NCBI RefSeq assembly: GCF_001194135.2
Contig: NC_068993.1
Location: 23,753,006 to 23,817,005, forward strand
DNA: 64,000 bases
From: Octopus bimaculoides
Lineage: Eukaryota
Direction of reading: 5' to 3'
Shown: piece by piece, positions 35,075 through 47,716 of the stretch
How positions within the stretch are numbered: position 1 is the stretch's first letter
Layout: each line of letters starts with the position of its first letter
The notes under the pieces: model-generated
Databases searched by the model: none
What the model was told of the DNA's origin: nothing
The model's input: only the letters and a program-made list of their open reading frames with translations
Made by a program: the position numbers and the translations under genes

Positions 35075-36710
35075 ATCCTCCTTAGCATCGCTTTGCTGAC
35101 GAAGATTAGGAAGGCTGTTCTCCACGTCGTCTACACACACGCTCGTGGCTGATAAGGCCGATGTAGGATCAACATATACGATTACATTGATGACAGGGGT
35201 AGGGTTGTCAGGGTCTGATGATGCAGCTGCATTATGTTTTCATATCTGACATTTTTCTTCAGGAGAGGCACTGCGACAAATCTCAAAGGAGGAAACAACA
35301 TCGCTGATGGTATGGTGCCAAACGATGCGGTCTGCTGTAGAGTGGATCACTCACGATAATCAATGTATGTCACAAACTCTGTCGCGGTGGCCAATGGTGA
35401 GCTCACCGTACATGATGATCTTGGATAGGCGGTGGTCTTTCATCCTATCAACGTGCCCTGCCCAATGTAAAATAGCCCTGATGTAAAATAGCTTCCAGAC
35501 TGATGACCTTTGCTCGCTGGAGGACCTCAGTATTACTGATGTAATCGCTCCAGTAAATGTTAAGGATGGTATGGAGCAGCGTTGGTGTAAAACCTTCAAG
35601 GAGCCTGAAATGACAGGACATAGAGCCATATATGAGCGTCGTGAGAACGACCACACTGTAGGCGCTAACTTTTGTGCTGATCTAAATGCTGCTAATTGTT
35701 CCACACACGCTTGTACAGTGTGCCAAATAATTTGTTTGCCATTGCAAGTCTGTTGTCAATTTCTTTGCTGATACTGGCTTCTAATGAGATGTTACATCCA
35801 AGATAAGTGAACTGCTCTACCGACTTCCGTTCTGTCTCAACAATGGTGATGTGGGTCGGGCTGTGCTCTTCCTGAGGAGCTGGTTGTTGTAGGACTTAAG
35901 TCTTTTTCAAGCTTACTTCCAGCCTGAAGAGCTGGGCGGCCTCTGCGACAAGTGAAGCATTATCTGAAAAGAATAATTCCTGGATCAGTTGCTCTTGAGT
36001 TTTTGTGTGGGCTTGTAGGCGTCGGGTTTGAAAAGGCTGCCATCTAGACGGTACCTGATGTAGACACCGTCTGCAGCGTTGAATTTTGCAGTGGCCTGCT
36101 TGAGCATCATGCTGAAAAAGATGCTTAAGAGAGTTGGTGGCATCCTGCTTCACGCCGTTTTTGATGGGGAATGGCTCAGATATGTTGCTATTCAGGCGGA
36201 CTTGTCTTTGTTGGTCTTCATGAAGCTGGATGATTATCGTTAGGAATTTTGGGGGACAGTTTAGGATCTTCCACAGACCTTTCCTGCTCACAGTTTTGAG
36301 CGCTTTTGCCAGATCGACAAATGTTACATAAAGTGGTTTGATTTGCTTCTAGCACTTTTCTTGGAGCTGCTTGAGAACGAAAATCATATCTGCTGTGCCC
36401 CTGATACTACATTGGCTTTCTGAAAGATGATTTTCGGCGATGGACAGAACAAGTCTGTTAAGGAGTAATCTTGTTAGAACTTGTCCTGCAGTAGAAAGCC
36501 GGGTGGAATCCCAGGTAATTTGAGCAGTCTGACTGTCTCCTTTATATTTTCTTTTCCTACAGTGTAATGATGACAGCATCCCGGAGATCTTGTGGCAGCT
36601 TCTCTGTTCCCAGCACACGAGGAACTCGTGGGGTTTAACACGCAGGACAGGACCCCCATGCTTCCATATCTCATGTGGCATTCCATCGACTCTTGCTGCC
36701 TTTCTATACT
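35075..36710 (-). mobile_element. 5'-truncated RTE (BovB-like) LINE, decayed
   Basis: LLLNRLV..IAENHLSESQC, ADMIFVLKQLQEKC, FVDLAKA..TVSRKGLWKIL, NGVKQ, LHWAGHVDRMKDHRLSK, and a C-terminal IGLISHERVC followed by a short 3' UTR TCTTCGTCAGCAAAGCGATGC. Confidence 0.88.
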
Positions 36711-36789
36711 AATGCCACTCACTAAATAAGCTTCGATCTTGGAGGATCCGTTTTTCTGATCTGCTAATGTTCTTGTTATTATCTAAGTT

Positions 36790-37140
36790 CCCTTTCCTTG
36801 TTTTGTAACTACTGCTTAACAAAGATTTATATTCTGTAGGGTTAAGGACTATGTAACCAGCAACAATGTGGTCAATACTCTCAGGTTTATCATTGCAACG
36901 TCTACACTTTGTGTCTACCTCATTATGTGTGACATTAGCTTGATAGTTCCTGGTGAGGAAACTCTGATCTTGAGCTGCCGGAATATATCCTTCTGTTTCG
37001 GTTTTCAAAGCAACACTTTGCAGCCACTGATGTGTTCGTGTTATATCTACATCAGCCTCCCCATATTTTTATTGATTATTTTGGAGTTTGCTTTATTTGG
37101 TGTTTGTCTTAAGGTGCTAGGGTTGATTTCTTGGTTCTGA
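36790..37140 (-). mobile_element. R4/Dong-like RLE non-LTR fragment (CCHC region)
   Basis: RTHQWLQSVALKTETEGYIPAAQDQSFLTRNYQAN...KCRRCNDKPESIDHIVAG..VLNPTEYK. Confidence 0.82.
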
Positions 37141-38004
37141 TTTCCCTCAAGATCCAATTTTCAACTTTTCGACCTCAGTTTACTACTTTGCTGGGGGATG
37201 TGTCCCTTAATGACCTGCGTGACTAATGATAAGCAGTATAATCTATTTCTAGTTTGCATTTTGTATAAAGAATCTATTTTAACCTTACTGGCAAGCAGTG
37301 ATTCTCTTCACTACTCTAGACAGATTTGTTTCATCAAACTGGAAGGGGTCTGTCTGTTCTCATTTGGATGAGTTATACTGCGCTGGTCATCAATACAGTA
37401 CTCACGACCCAGCAGCAATGAGTTAAATATTGTTTTCTTTTTTTTTTATTGCTTGGGAGGTAAAAACACTTCCTTTATCGTATTGTATCAGTACGTTCTC
37501 TTACGAGACTTGTGCTTGAGTCTTTTTTCTATCAAATATTTCTATTGTGATTTGTGTCTGTGTTGTGAATTGTGTTCTTTTGTTGTGCGTCAGCAGTTAC
37601 TATAAGAGATGGGTCCGTGTGTTCGCTCTGAACTTTTCGACAGAATACCGATTCTGCTCGTATACTGCGGCGTCTTTCAGATAATAATTGCTGAAATCTC
37701 AGAAGACTAAATTCACCACTTTCTTGAAAGATTTATACATGAGCACAGCTGTTTCTTTCCACAGTCTAAAAAGAAACTAAAGAAAGGTGTTGCAGCTTAA
37801 AGACATTTAAATACCGTGCACTCGATGCTTGTTTGTTCTTAGTACGTATGGAGATTATAACATGTCAGTGTGTGATTTGTATTAAGAATTATTATACTAG
37901 TTGATGTATACCCGAGAGATAGTAATGTGTATATGTGTACTAATAAGAATGCATATATATGATTAGTTCTAGTACTCACAATTCCAAAGGAAATAGTTGC
38001 TATA

Positions 38005-38005
<1 letters not shown>

Positions 38006-38049
<44 letters not shown>

Positions 38050-38149
38050 NNNNNNNNNNNNNNNNNNNNNNNNNNNNNNNNNNNNNNNNNNNNNNNNNNN
38101 NNNNNNNNNNNNNNNNNNNNNNNNNNNNNNNNNNNNNNNNNNNNNNNNN

Positions 38150-38193
<44 letters not shown>
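38006..38193. repeat. (ATT)n microsatellite with internal gap
   Basis: Direct reading. Confidence 0.97.
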
Positions 38194-38194
<1 letters not shown>

Positions 38195-39859
38195 CGTTAG
38201 AGTCGTGAGTTTCTGGTGTCTGTAGAGACATGCTAACGTTCGAAGCGGTTTTTATTCCGAATTTTTAGTCTCTGAGTCCAAATTCTTGTGACTCAAGCTT
38301 TAGTTGTAGCGTTTGATTCACTATTCTTTGACTTCTTTAAATTATTTTACTGTGGCAAACAGTGCCGCAGCCATCAATATTGTTTCGAAGAAATCATTAA
38401 CAGTTGTCATGTTTTACAGTATAGTGTTTAACTCGCACTTAATGCTGAACAGTTAGGTTACATGAGTCAAACAAAGCAAAAGTGCATGTTTGGTGGTGAG
38501 GAGATGAAATGAACCACAGGTATGCACAAGAGAACACCTTCACGAACGAACACACACACACTCACACTCTACGCAATTACATCATTACTAATTAGTCCGA
38601 ATGTGGTTAATTGCCCACTGTGACGCGCGGTAAAACCGTACCCCTCTGGTTGAATCGTCATACTTACGCTTTAAAGTAAAATAGTTGTTATTTAGTAAGT
38701 AGGTTCGACTAATTCCGTCACATTAAATTGCGTTGTGTCTGAATTAGACAGAATTATTATTGAAACTTTATTGTTTTTATTATCGTTTTGCTTGTTCTTG
38801 TTTCATTCATTTGTACATGAAATATATTCAACCAATATTGAGATTTAGACATATTTTTCTCCCAGTTGTTATAAAAAGCCTAGATTCTGACAGTAAAAGA
38901 TTACCAATTATCAATTTATGAAAAGAATGTCCAATATTGGTATATTTCTGCTGGAGATTCATTATCAGAAATATCTTTTGATTGATGCAAAGAAGTGAAA
39001 ACTAGAACATTTCATATAACCATAATAAAAGGTGCAATTCAGCTAGAGATAATTTTGTTTAATTTTATATCTCTTAAAATCTCTTTGAAGTGCGAGGGAA
39101 GAAATTCTGAACAATCTAAATCATACACTAACTTTTTTATAATATATAGGTGTCTACATACTCGTATGTTCATACACATTTATATCCAGACATAATTATG
39201 CAAGCATATATAAATATATTGTTAATTTTGTTTAGCACATTTCCAGATGCAATACAGTCTGGAATATATACATATATATATATATATGAATGTAAACATG
39301 TCTGTATTCATGTATATCGGCATGCATGTATGGATGGATGTGTATATGAAAGGATATGAATATGTAAGTATGTTATATCTGTATTTAAGTTTGTTTTCAT
39401 CTGCAAAATTTAAGACAGTTTGTAACAAAGCGGCAAGACTTTGTTTACACCATCATGTTCTTGAGATACGTATTGGAGTATGTATGTACGTGCGCGCGAC
39501 GATAAATAATAATGGGAACTTTATTATTTTTTCTGCATATGTGCGTGTTTTTAGTATCGTATTTTCGCATGCGATTGTGAGCATGTTTTTTTTTTAGACA
39601 GGGCATCTCAAATGGAAAATCTCTGAAATGATTTAGAAATTTTAACTGCATAATTAATCAACTGTATTTGCTGAATACGACTAGAGTATTTTGCCTTTTC
39701 TTAGAGAGTTCCAAAATTTCTGGGCCTTTATGCATGTAATATAAATCAGTGTGTCTATGATAATAGCTACAAATGAAAATGCATGATGTGGTTATAAAGA
39801 CTGTGAAGTTCACATTTGTTCTCTACAGTTGTTTCTTGCTATCCACTGTTCGATATAAT

Positions 39860-40075
39860 ATTAGTTTGAGATTTTGGCACAAGGCCAGCAAATTCAGAGT
39901 AGGGGAAAATCGATTTCATTGTTCCTAGTAATCAACCGGTACTTATTTGATCGACACTGGAAGGAAGAAAAACAATGTCGACCGCGGTGGAATTTGAACA
40001 CAGAACGGGTAAATGTACGAGATGCTGCTGTGCACTTTGCTCCGCGTGCACACGTTTCTGCTAGCTCGCTGCTTA
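39860..40075 (-). mobile_element. SINE family A
   Basis: Reverse complement GCAGCGAGCTAGCAGAAACG...GTTCTGTGTTCAAATTCCACCGCGGTCGAC...AAATAAGTACC...GGCCTTGTGCC. Confidence 0.78.
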
Positions 40076-42659
40076 ATGTACGAAATAATACTGATATATG
40101 ACGAAATTTCGATTTCTACAACACTTGAAGTTTGTTCCATATTCTCTTAAGCAATATCTGACTTAGTAATGTTCCACCGATATTTGATTTAAAGTAATGC
40201 TACACCTGAATTGTTTTCCTTTTTTAAACTTCGGATTTATTATGTCTTTTATGTTTCTTTGATATAACGATCAGGACAAAACTTCCTGCGGATGGTATTA
40301 CAGATCCTTTTAGTATTAATTTCACGTCTCAGCAGGAAGTTTTGTTTAGGGGACATTTCTACGCATCTGTTTATGAATGTAGATGATATCTCTCACTCAA
40401 ATACGCCATAACGTGAAAGGTTGAAAGGTATCCACATCTCTGCTGTTGAGTAGTTATTCAGTGGCTGTCTTTTCTTGTATAGCAAAAGTGTGATCTATAT
40501 GAGATGTTATATAGATCTATTACAGCTAAAATACATGCTACTATTGCTGTTATGATGATGATATTATGTAGCTTGTAAGATATGCATCCGGGCATCAATT
40601 TATGTTGGTCTTATAAGTGTCTATCTAAGTAGGTCAGTCCAGCCAACCTAGGTTTTCGTGAACCTCTTGTAAATGAGAATATTCATTCATAAGTTCATTT
40701 TATTTCATGGTGTTATAATTTTCGCTTTTCACCACACGGGAGATGTACCATCCTATTTAGCAGGTGTTGCTGATGTGATACGATAGAGTAATCAAAAAGT
40801 AACTGGGGAAACTTTATGACCCTGTTACTGTAGCTGTGTAAATTACTTATAGATTTTAATATCTTCCTGGTAATGATCTCTAAGTCGCGAAGTTTTTCGA
40901 TTGTTCACTGTAGTAGTTTCGTATTCCAAATGTTTCCAGCAGAATTATTAACAAAACGAAGAGATTGCGAGTCATGGAACTGTTGAATGTAGACAGATCT
41001 GATATTTATTCCTTCCAAGGTCTGCTGCCGTAGTCTCTTGTCATTCTAGATTACTCACAGTATGCAATATTCCCATCAGTTCGAAGGTATTTCCATCATT
41101 CATCACCGAAAATAGATTAGATAAACAATTTTTCTTTCTTTGAGTATCAAATATGAATACATATAATTAAACAAACTTCATTTCTAAGTTTCACGGGAAG
41201 TTTGGCCCCAATTTTGATACTGGCTGTTGTGAATATTTCTTGGAATAGCTTAAATACATGAACGAAATAGGCGTAATTCGCATTAATTCTTTCTCTTCTA
41301 GAGATCAAATAGGATAACCTTTGCATATAATTAGCAGTGCTAACAAGGATTTCAGCAGAGAGGCAATGAACACTTGTTTATGAGTGTGTGTTTGATTGTG
41401 TGTGTGTGCGTGTGATGTGTGGTCTGTGGGTGTGGGTGTGTGTATGTGTGTGTGTTGTCAATATCAGAGACATTTTGCCTTTGTACATGTTCCCTATGTT
41501 TCCTGTTGTATCTATATACACTCTCTTTCTTACCAAAGACATGGCATTTCCAGGAATATTTTGCCTTTCCCACTGGCTCTCCCTGTCGCTATATATTTCT
41601 GTTCCTCTTTCTTTCCCGCCATCGTATTTTCTCTCTATTTTTTTCTTTTTCTTCGTTTCATTCATTTTATATTTGTCCCATAGTTTTCCTTTGTTCCCTT
41701 GTACATTTACATTCTGGAGTCAATAGAAAAAGAGATGGATTTTATAGAATCTGTGATTAATGTATATCTGTTAATGCTAATGATTATGACTTAATAGTAA
41801 ATTTTAATTCAGGAGTAGGTAAACCTCGCGGAAATGTGCTCAAAGTGTGCCCATAGACAAATATAGCTTTTTTATTTCAGTCTCAAGAAAATGGATACGG
41901 TTTATATTTCCATCAATAATATCCCCAGAAAAAAACTACTTGCTAGATGAACACAATCTTCTTAGCATGACTCTATTGTACTGAGCCATGAGCTCTTCTA
42001 TATTATAAAAAAAATGGTCGTCCATGAAGCCTTCAGCAAAAAGTCCCTGTGCATTGGACCAAATAGATATACTATAATTTTAGAGATCTTTTCCCAAATA
42101 GACCGAATAAGTAGACATAGGCTTGTGTCTTACAGAAGGGCGCAATAAAATGGAGATTTCCAGCACTCGGTTGGATAGCAGAACTTAACAACTGAAAGAT
42201 TACAATTGCCCACTTCTGACTGAAATATTTAATGAACACATCAATTTTGGAGATATGTAGTTGAATAAAATCTATCAGTTACATCTGGAAATATGACATT
42301 TAGGGATTTTACGCTTCGGGATTTATTTCAACGGCAAAACTGGCGCAATGATTTTATGAATTCCAGCGTTTATCTCCGCCGCTCGTGAAGATAACCCACT
42401 GTTTAATAACTTGCTGTCTACACGGAAATTGTTAATGTGTTTTTCTACCGATAGCTACCCAGTAAATTGCATAAGTTGTTGAAATCATTTTTTTCATCCC
42501 ATCTTTAAAATATGACTTCTCTCATAATTTATTTTAAACTCAACTTTAAATTCTGTATATACGAGGATCTGTATGAATCGAAACATTTGTAGCGATTAAA
42601 AAGGTGCCTAACCGTACTTGCTCTTCCCTTTGACTCTTTTACTTTTTACTTTTTATTTT

Positions 42660-43170
42660 GACACACGGAGAATACCTAAGACTAGAATTGGTAACATACC
42701 ATAAGAATACTACCGGCTATTTGGGAATTCTAAAGGCGAACGAGCTCTATTTGTACTCTTGGGTAACAAGCATTGAATCCATGTCACCGAAGGCTAGTTA
42801 AACATTCAGAAAGAATGACAACCACGTACCAAGGCAGCTGTTATGCAGCGGGCTCACGTAGAGTTCATGTAAACAGAGGTACGAAGACTCTAGGAAAAGT
42901 AACGTCAAATGGATCGGCATTAGCCCACGCAATAGGTCAGCATGAATGTGTTACCCTTTCCAGGCCTGTTACCTCACGAGCAGCAGCTGTCTTTGAAGAA
43001 GACCGGCGACAGTGTCTGGATGCTGCAGCAGAAAGTGCTCACAGGGCAGAATCTATCTCAGTCCAAATACCAAAATATCGCTGTGACATCTATGGGTCCC
43101 TGTGTGCTTCCAGCCTGCGGAAGCACACAGCCTGCGGAGTAACATGCGCTCACATAGCCGAGAATACATA
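42660..43170 (+). mobile_element. RTE (BovB-like) LINE 3' end
   Basis: ...AAAVFEEDRRQCLDAAAE..HRA.S.SVQ..KYRCDIYGSLCASS..LRSNMRSH*, the typical RTE C-terminal C2H2-like tail, with a local duplication of CAGCCTGCGGA. Confidence 0.75.
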
Positions 43171-43210
43171 CTTTGACACCATCAAACACCATGGGAATAC
43201 CTATTACATA

Positions 43211-43293
<83 letters not shown>

Positions 43294-43787
43294 GTAGAGG
43301 TAGATATGTATGCATATGTATATGCATGTGTATATCTATGCATTTGTATATGCATATCTGAGTATATNNNNNNNNNNNNNNNNNNNNNNNNNNNNNNNNN
43401 NNNNNNNNNNNNNNNNNNNNNNNNNNNNNNNNNNNNNNNNNNNNNNNNNNNNNNNNNNNNNNNNNNNNNNNNNNNNNNNNNNNNNNNNNNNNNNNNNNNN
43501 NNNNNNNNNNNNNNNNNNNNNNNNNNNNNNNNNNNNNNNNNNNNNNNNNNNNNNNNNNNNNNNNNNNNNNNNNNNNNNNNNNNNNNNNNNNNNNNNNNNN
43601 NNNNNNNNNNNNNNNNNNNNNNNNNNNNNNNNNNNNNNNNNNNNNNNNNNNNNNNNNNNNNNNNNNNNNNNNNNNNNNNNNNNNNNNNNNNNNNNNNNNN
43701 NNNNNNNNNNNNNNNNNNNNNNNNNNNNNNNNNNNNNNNNNNNNNNNNNNNNNNNNNNNNNNNNNNNNNNNNNNNNNNNNNNNNNNN

Positions 43788-43933
43788 GTATAAAAATACC
43801 ATAAACAATTATAAAAAAAAAATAGAGGAGAAAAAGATGCTGAATCAAAATTAGATTTAATAAAATCTAATTTTAATTTTGATTCAACATCTTTTTCTCT
43901 ATTTTTCTATAATTGTTTATGGTATTTTTATAC
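43788..43933. repeat. AT-rich palindrome of about 146 bp starting at a gap edge
   Basis: Perfect 26-bp outer arms (43788-43813 and 43908-43933), with imperfect inner arms including AAAATTAGATTT/AAATCTAATTTT. Confidence 0.9.
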
Positions 43934-44582
43934 CTATAACGATATTTCTCAACTACTATTTTGATTTTCTTATTACTTGCGCTGGCTGTTTTTTTTTTAT
44001 GAATATAATCAATCTTTATCAGAAATCAACCTTTCTCTTTTTTTGAACCTCTCAAGAAGTTTGAATTTTTCTTTTATTGTACTTATTTTGAAAGGGGTTT
44101 AAGAATCATTATGAATAAAATGTTATAACTAAAAAAATAAATAAATTTGGAAAGTCGCAGAAGAATATATTTTAGAAAATTTGTGGTATTTTTGTTGGAT
44201 TGAGCGATTCAAAATAAAAAGTCTCGATGTGTCGATCTAATTAAATATAAAAAAAAAATTGGCGGGAAAATAAATTAGGGGTTAATAGTTTGCAATTATG
44301 TTCTTAGTGAAATTTTACTTTAGAGATATATATATTTTGTCTATGTATGTTTGTGGTGACGTTTAAGAGTTTATGTTTCAGGAATTCTATTGAATCCCAC
44401 CCCAAACGTGCATAGATAACACATATATAAGAATATAAGAGAAATATTCCAAAGTAAATTTTCACTAAAACATGGGTAAAAACAGTTAACTCCCATTCTC
44501 TTAAATTACTCCCAAAAATATTCAACATTCTCTAAAATGTTCTTCTGTTCCTTTTCCAAATTTATTTACTTTTTCAACTATA

Positions 44583-44633
<51 letters not shown>

Positions 44634-44879
44634 ATAAACCAAGGAATAGAATTCCTTCAAAGAGGTCTGTAAATCTTCACTGGTACATCAGCTGAATCCC
44701 ATATAGACAGGGGTATAATGCAAATTAGAAACAAGTGGCTATTCTGTATCTATTAGATACATACGAACGACCTGGACAAATGATTTGCTTTATAGTGATC
44801 AAATGTTCGTTCCGCACATTAGCTCACTCTCTCCATCAAATCGACGTTTTCTGAACACGTGCACTGTGTATCAAGCACC

Positions 44880-45010
44880 AGGTGCCGAAGTGATCAGATA
44901 TCAATACGAGTCGAAGTGTTTGGCTTAGAAACACAACGCACCACCTAATCTTGGAATTGATCTCTAGTTCACGAGTACAGCACCCTAAGCACCAGGCCAT
45001 GCACCTTCGT
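44880..45010 (-). mobile_element. SINE family C head, diverged
   Basis: Reverse complement GAAGGTGCATGGCCTGGTGCTTAGGGTG...GCGTTGTGTTTCTAAGCCAAACACTT. Confidence 0.5.
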
Positions 45011-45139
45011 AGCGATTGCACCTAGAAAGTCCTCTTCTGAAGTTCAAGTCCGGTTGAGGCTGTTTATGGAAGATTGGCAGTCGCCCATGCATAACAGCCT
45101 ACCTTCTACACGCCACGGATGTTAACAAAGGGAAAAACA

Positions 45140-45320
45140 AAGGCCGTTACAGCTAGACCCCCAGTGACGTTGCAAACCTCTTCTACAGCTGAGTGAACTT
45201 CATCAACATAAAATGAAGCGTCTTGCTCAAGAATAAAATACAGCCCGCACCGAGTATTGAATTCACTACTTTGTGATAGTGTGCGCAATGCTCTAAGCCC
45301 CGAGTGATGCGCCTTCACTA
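45140..45320 (-). mobile_element. SINE family C, diverged
   Basis: Reverse complement GAAGGCGCATCACTC...TTCTTGAGCAAGACGCTTCATTTTATGTT...TTCACTCAGCTGTAGAAG. Confidence 0.5.
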
Positions 45321-45362
<42 letters not shown>

Positions 45363-47079
45363 CACACACATATTAGAGAGAGAGACAGTTAGAGAGACAG
45401 AGCAAGAGAAAGAGGGTGGAGGAGAACATGTAATACAGACGAAGAATTTCAATTTCCACTTTTCAAAAGCAAGCAATGAATTTAGATAGTGCTATTGAAA
45501 GAGAATGTAGAGTAAACATCTATGTTGCCATGTTTATTTTTCTCATTAATTATACCATTATACGAGTGATGAGCGATGAAATTTAAACTTCCTATTGTGA
45601 GACACACATGTTAATCCGATTGCAGGACAATGATATCTTGTAGGTCATAGTAAATTCAGAAGCTTCAGTACCTAAAGAACCAAGGTATTTCAGATACTTT
45701 TCTTCGTGCCGCTAAAATTGTGGCAACAATCTATTCTGCTTCATGTTTGTCACAAATATTGCGATGAACTTACTCTATATTTAAAACTTTAAAGTCAACG
45801 GAGGTTCCCTATCAAGGATACAAATACGAAATCAAACATGCATCTCTCATCGCTATGTCGAAGAATATTAATTAATATGCTACCTTTCTGAACTGAACTG
45901 CACTGAATAATCTAATGAACAAAAGTTTGAAACAACCATCGTATGTCAATAGACTTTACGAATGACAACAGTTGCAAAATCACTTCAGACAGCCAACAGA
46001 TAGTTAATACATTTCTGATGTCAACTGCCATGTTTTTTTCTCAAAATCTCGAGAGTGGAGATTTCTTCCGACTGCAATTCCGCCATTGTGCTAGCTACTC
46101 TAAACACAGAAGATAAAATAACAGACGAATTCATGGTAATGTTTTTTCTCGAAACCGACGCAAATGCCACTAGAATCTTCAAGTTTACCACCACTAAGAC
46201 TTTGGGTAAAGAAAACTTCGGATAAAGAATAAATCTTGATCGTGGCAGCTATGCAGTGACAAAAGACTAAAGTTTTATCGCACTCCTTATGCACAATAAA
46301 AGAGAGAATGAAATTATGACTAATGTTTCACCCATGCAAATAGGAGCATACTTTTGGTATGTAACATTCCGGCTTTCGGAATATATAAGCTTCGCAATGT
46401 TAATCAATAAATCCCAAAGCAAATATTGACAGTTCCTTGGCTACATCTAGAGCAATACTGCTTTGCTAACGGCTAATTTTGTCAGAAGCTCAACAGTTAC
46501 AAGACACCGTAATCTGGTTATGCTCTTTCTGGTAAAATGTTATCATTCTCTATCTAGAGGTACAAACATGTCAATATGCAGATTTTGATGCAGAATACTT
46601 TGATGGGTGCATTTTTAAGCCCTCTAAGCAGGGGCCACGAAATCTCAGCATATTATTATTATGAACAAGTATTAAAATTGCAATATTGTGACGGGGAAAT
46701 TCTCTGGAAAATTTGATTTATACACTCTAAAATATTTTCTTTTCAATCCACATTGTGTTTCTATTATATATAAATGTTTTTCAAAGAAATTAAGGAGATC
46801 AACTATAGAATATTAATTAAATTATGAAATAGTTTATTAAGCAAGAGGCTACTCTGTATATACCAGATAACAATACATACATACATGATGGTGGTTGTCG
46901 ATATGTTAATCAAGTATAACTCAACAGCAGCACTGGGCAGAGTAATATACACATAGCCAACAAATGTGTTGAAAACCAGCAACATACAAATTCGCTGTTA
47001 AAATGGAGCTAAATATTTACAGTCTAAAACTACTAGAAGATGGATAGAGATTGTCTACGTGATGCGTGACCCGAAATGA

Positions 47080-47570
47080 CTTTTTTAGTCCATCAAGAAA
47101 TTTACAGATTCTCCAAAACAGTCGATTTGAAAATGCTTGAGTTTGCTGGAAATAGATTTTACTAAGATACCCTTGTGCCTTGGCATCATAGATTTACTTC
47201 TGCATACCTTATTTGTAAACAGAGTAAAGAAGGGATGGAAGCACACAAGCCCTGTACGCTGGAACATTTTTGTTTCTTTTTATATCTCCCTTACACTAAA
47301 CTCACCCTTTAAAGTTTTGAGATGCTTTCTGAACACCGTTCACTTCTTTAACGGAAGAACCAACATGATTTAGAACCAGTCCAAGATATGTAGATTTCTC
47401 AAAAACATTCCGTTTTGTGTTTTGAAGAAAATCATATGTTCATAATAGATTATTATTAGTCCAAATACTATACAGGATTCATCAAATTTAAGCTTTAGAT
47501 ATTGTATAGGTCTTTAAATGGGTTGCCCTGTCACAGTCATCTGCACACAATCAATCTCTACAAACGTAAA
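47080..47570 (-). mobile_element. Old RTE LINE fragment
   Basis: Reverse complement CADDCD near 47535 and YRACVLPSLLYS...FQQ near 47200-47270. Confidence 0.5.
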
Positions 47571-47716
47571 TCTTTTTGTTTTCGTTGACAACCTTCTCAA
47601 ATTAAATAATTTACCGATGCTTCGACAATGAACATATTGGTGATATAGAACATCACAATAACTGCCCATATGAATGTTAAAAATGTTCTGCCCGATTACA
47701 TTAATTTATGTGCGTA

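Noticed and set aside
43940-44570. AT-rich stretch with faint Penelope RT resemblance (also 33240-33660)
   Set aside because: No diagnostic motif could be read with confidence.
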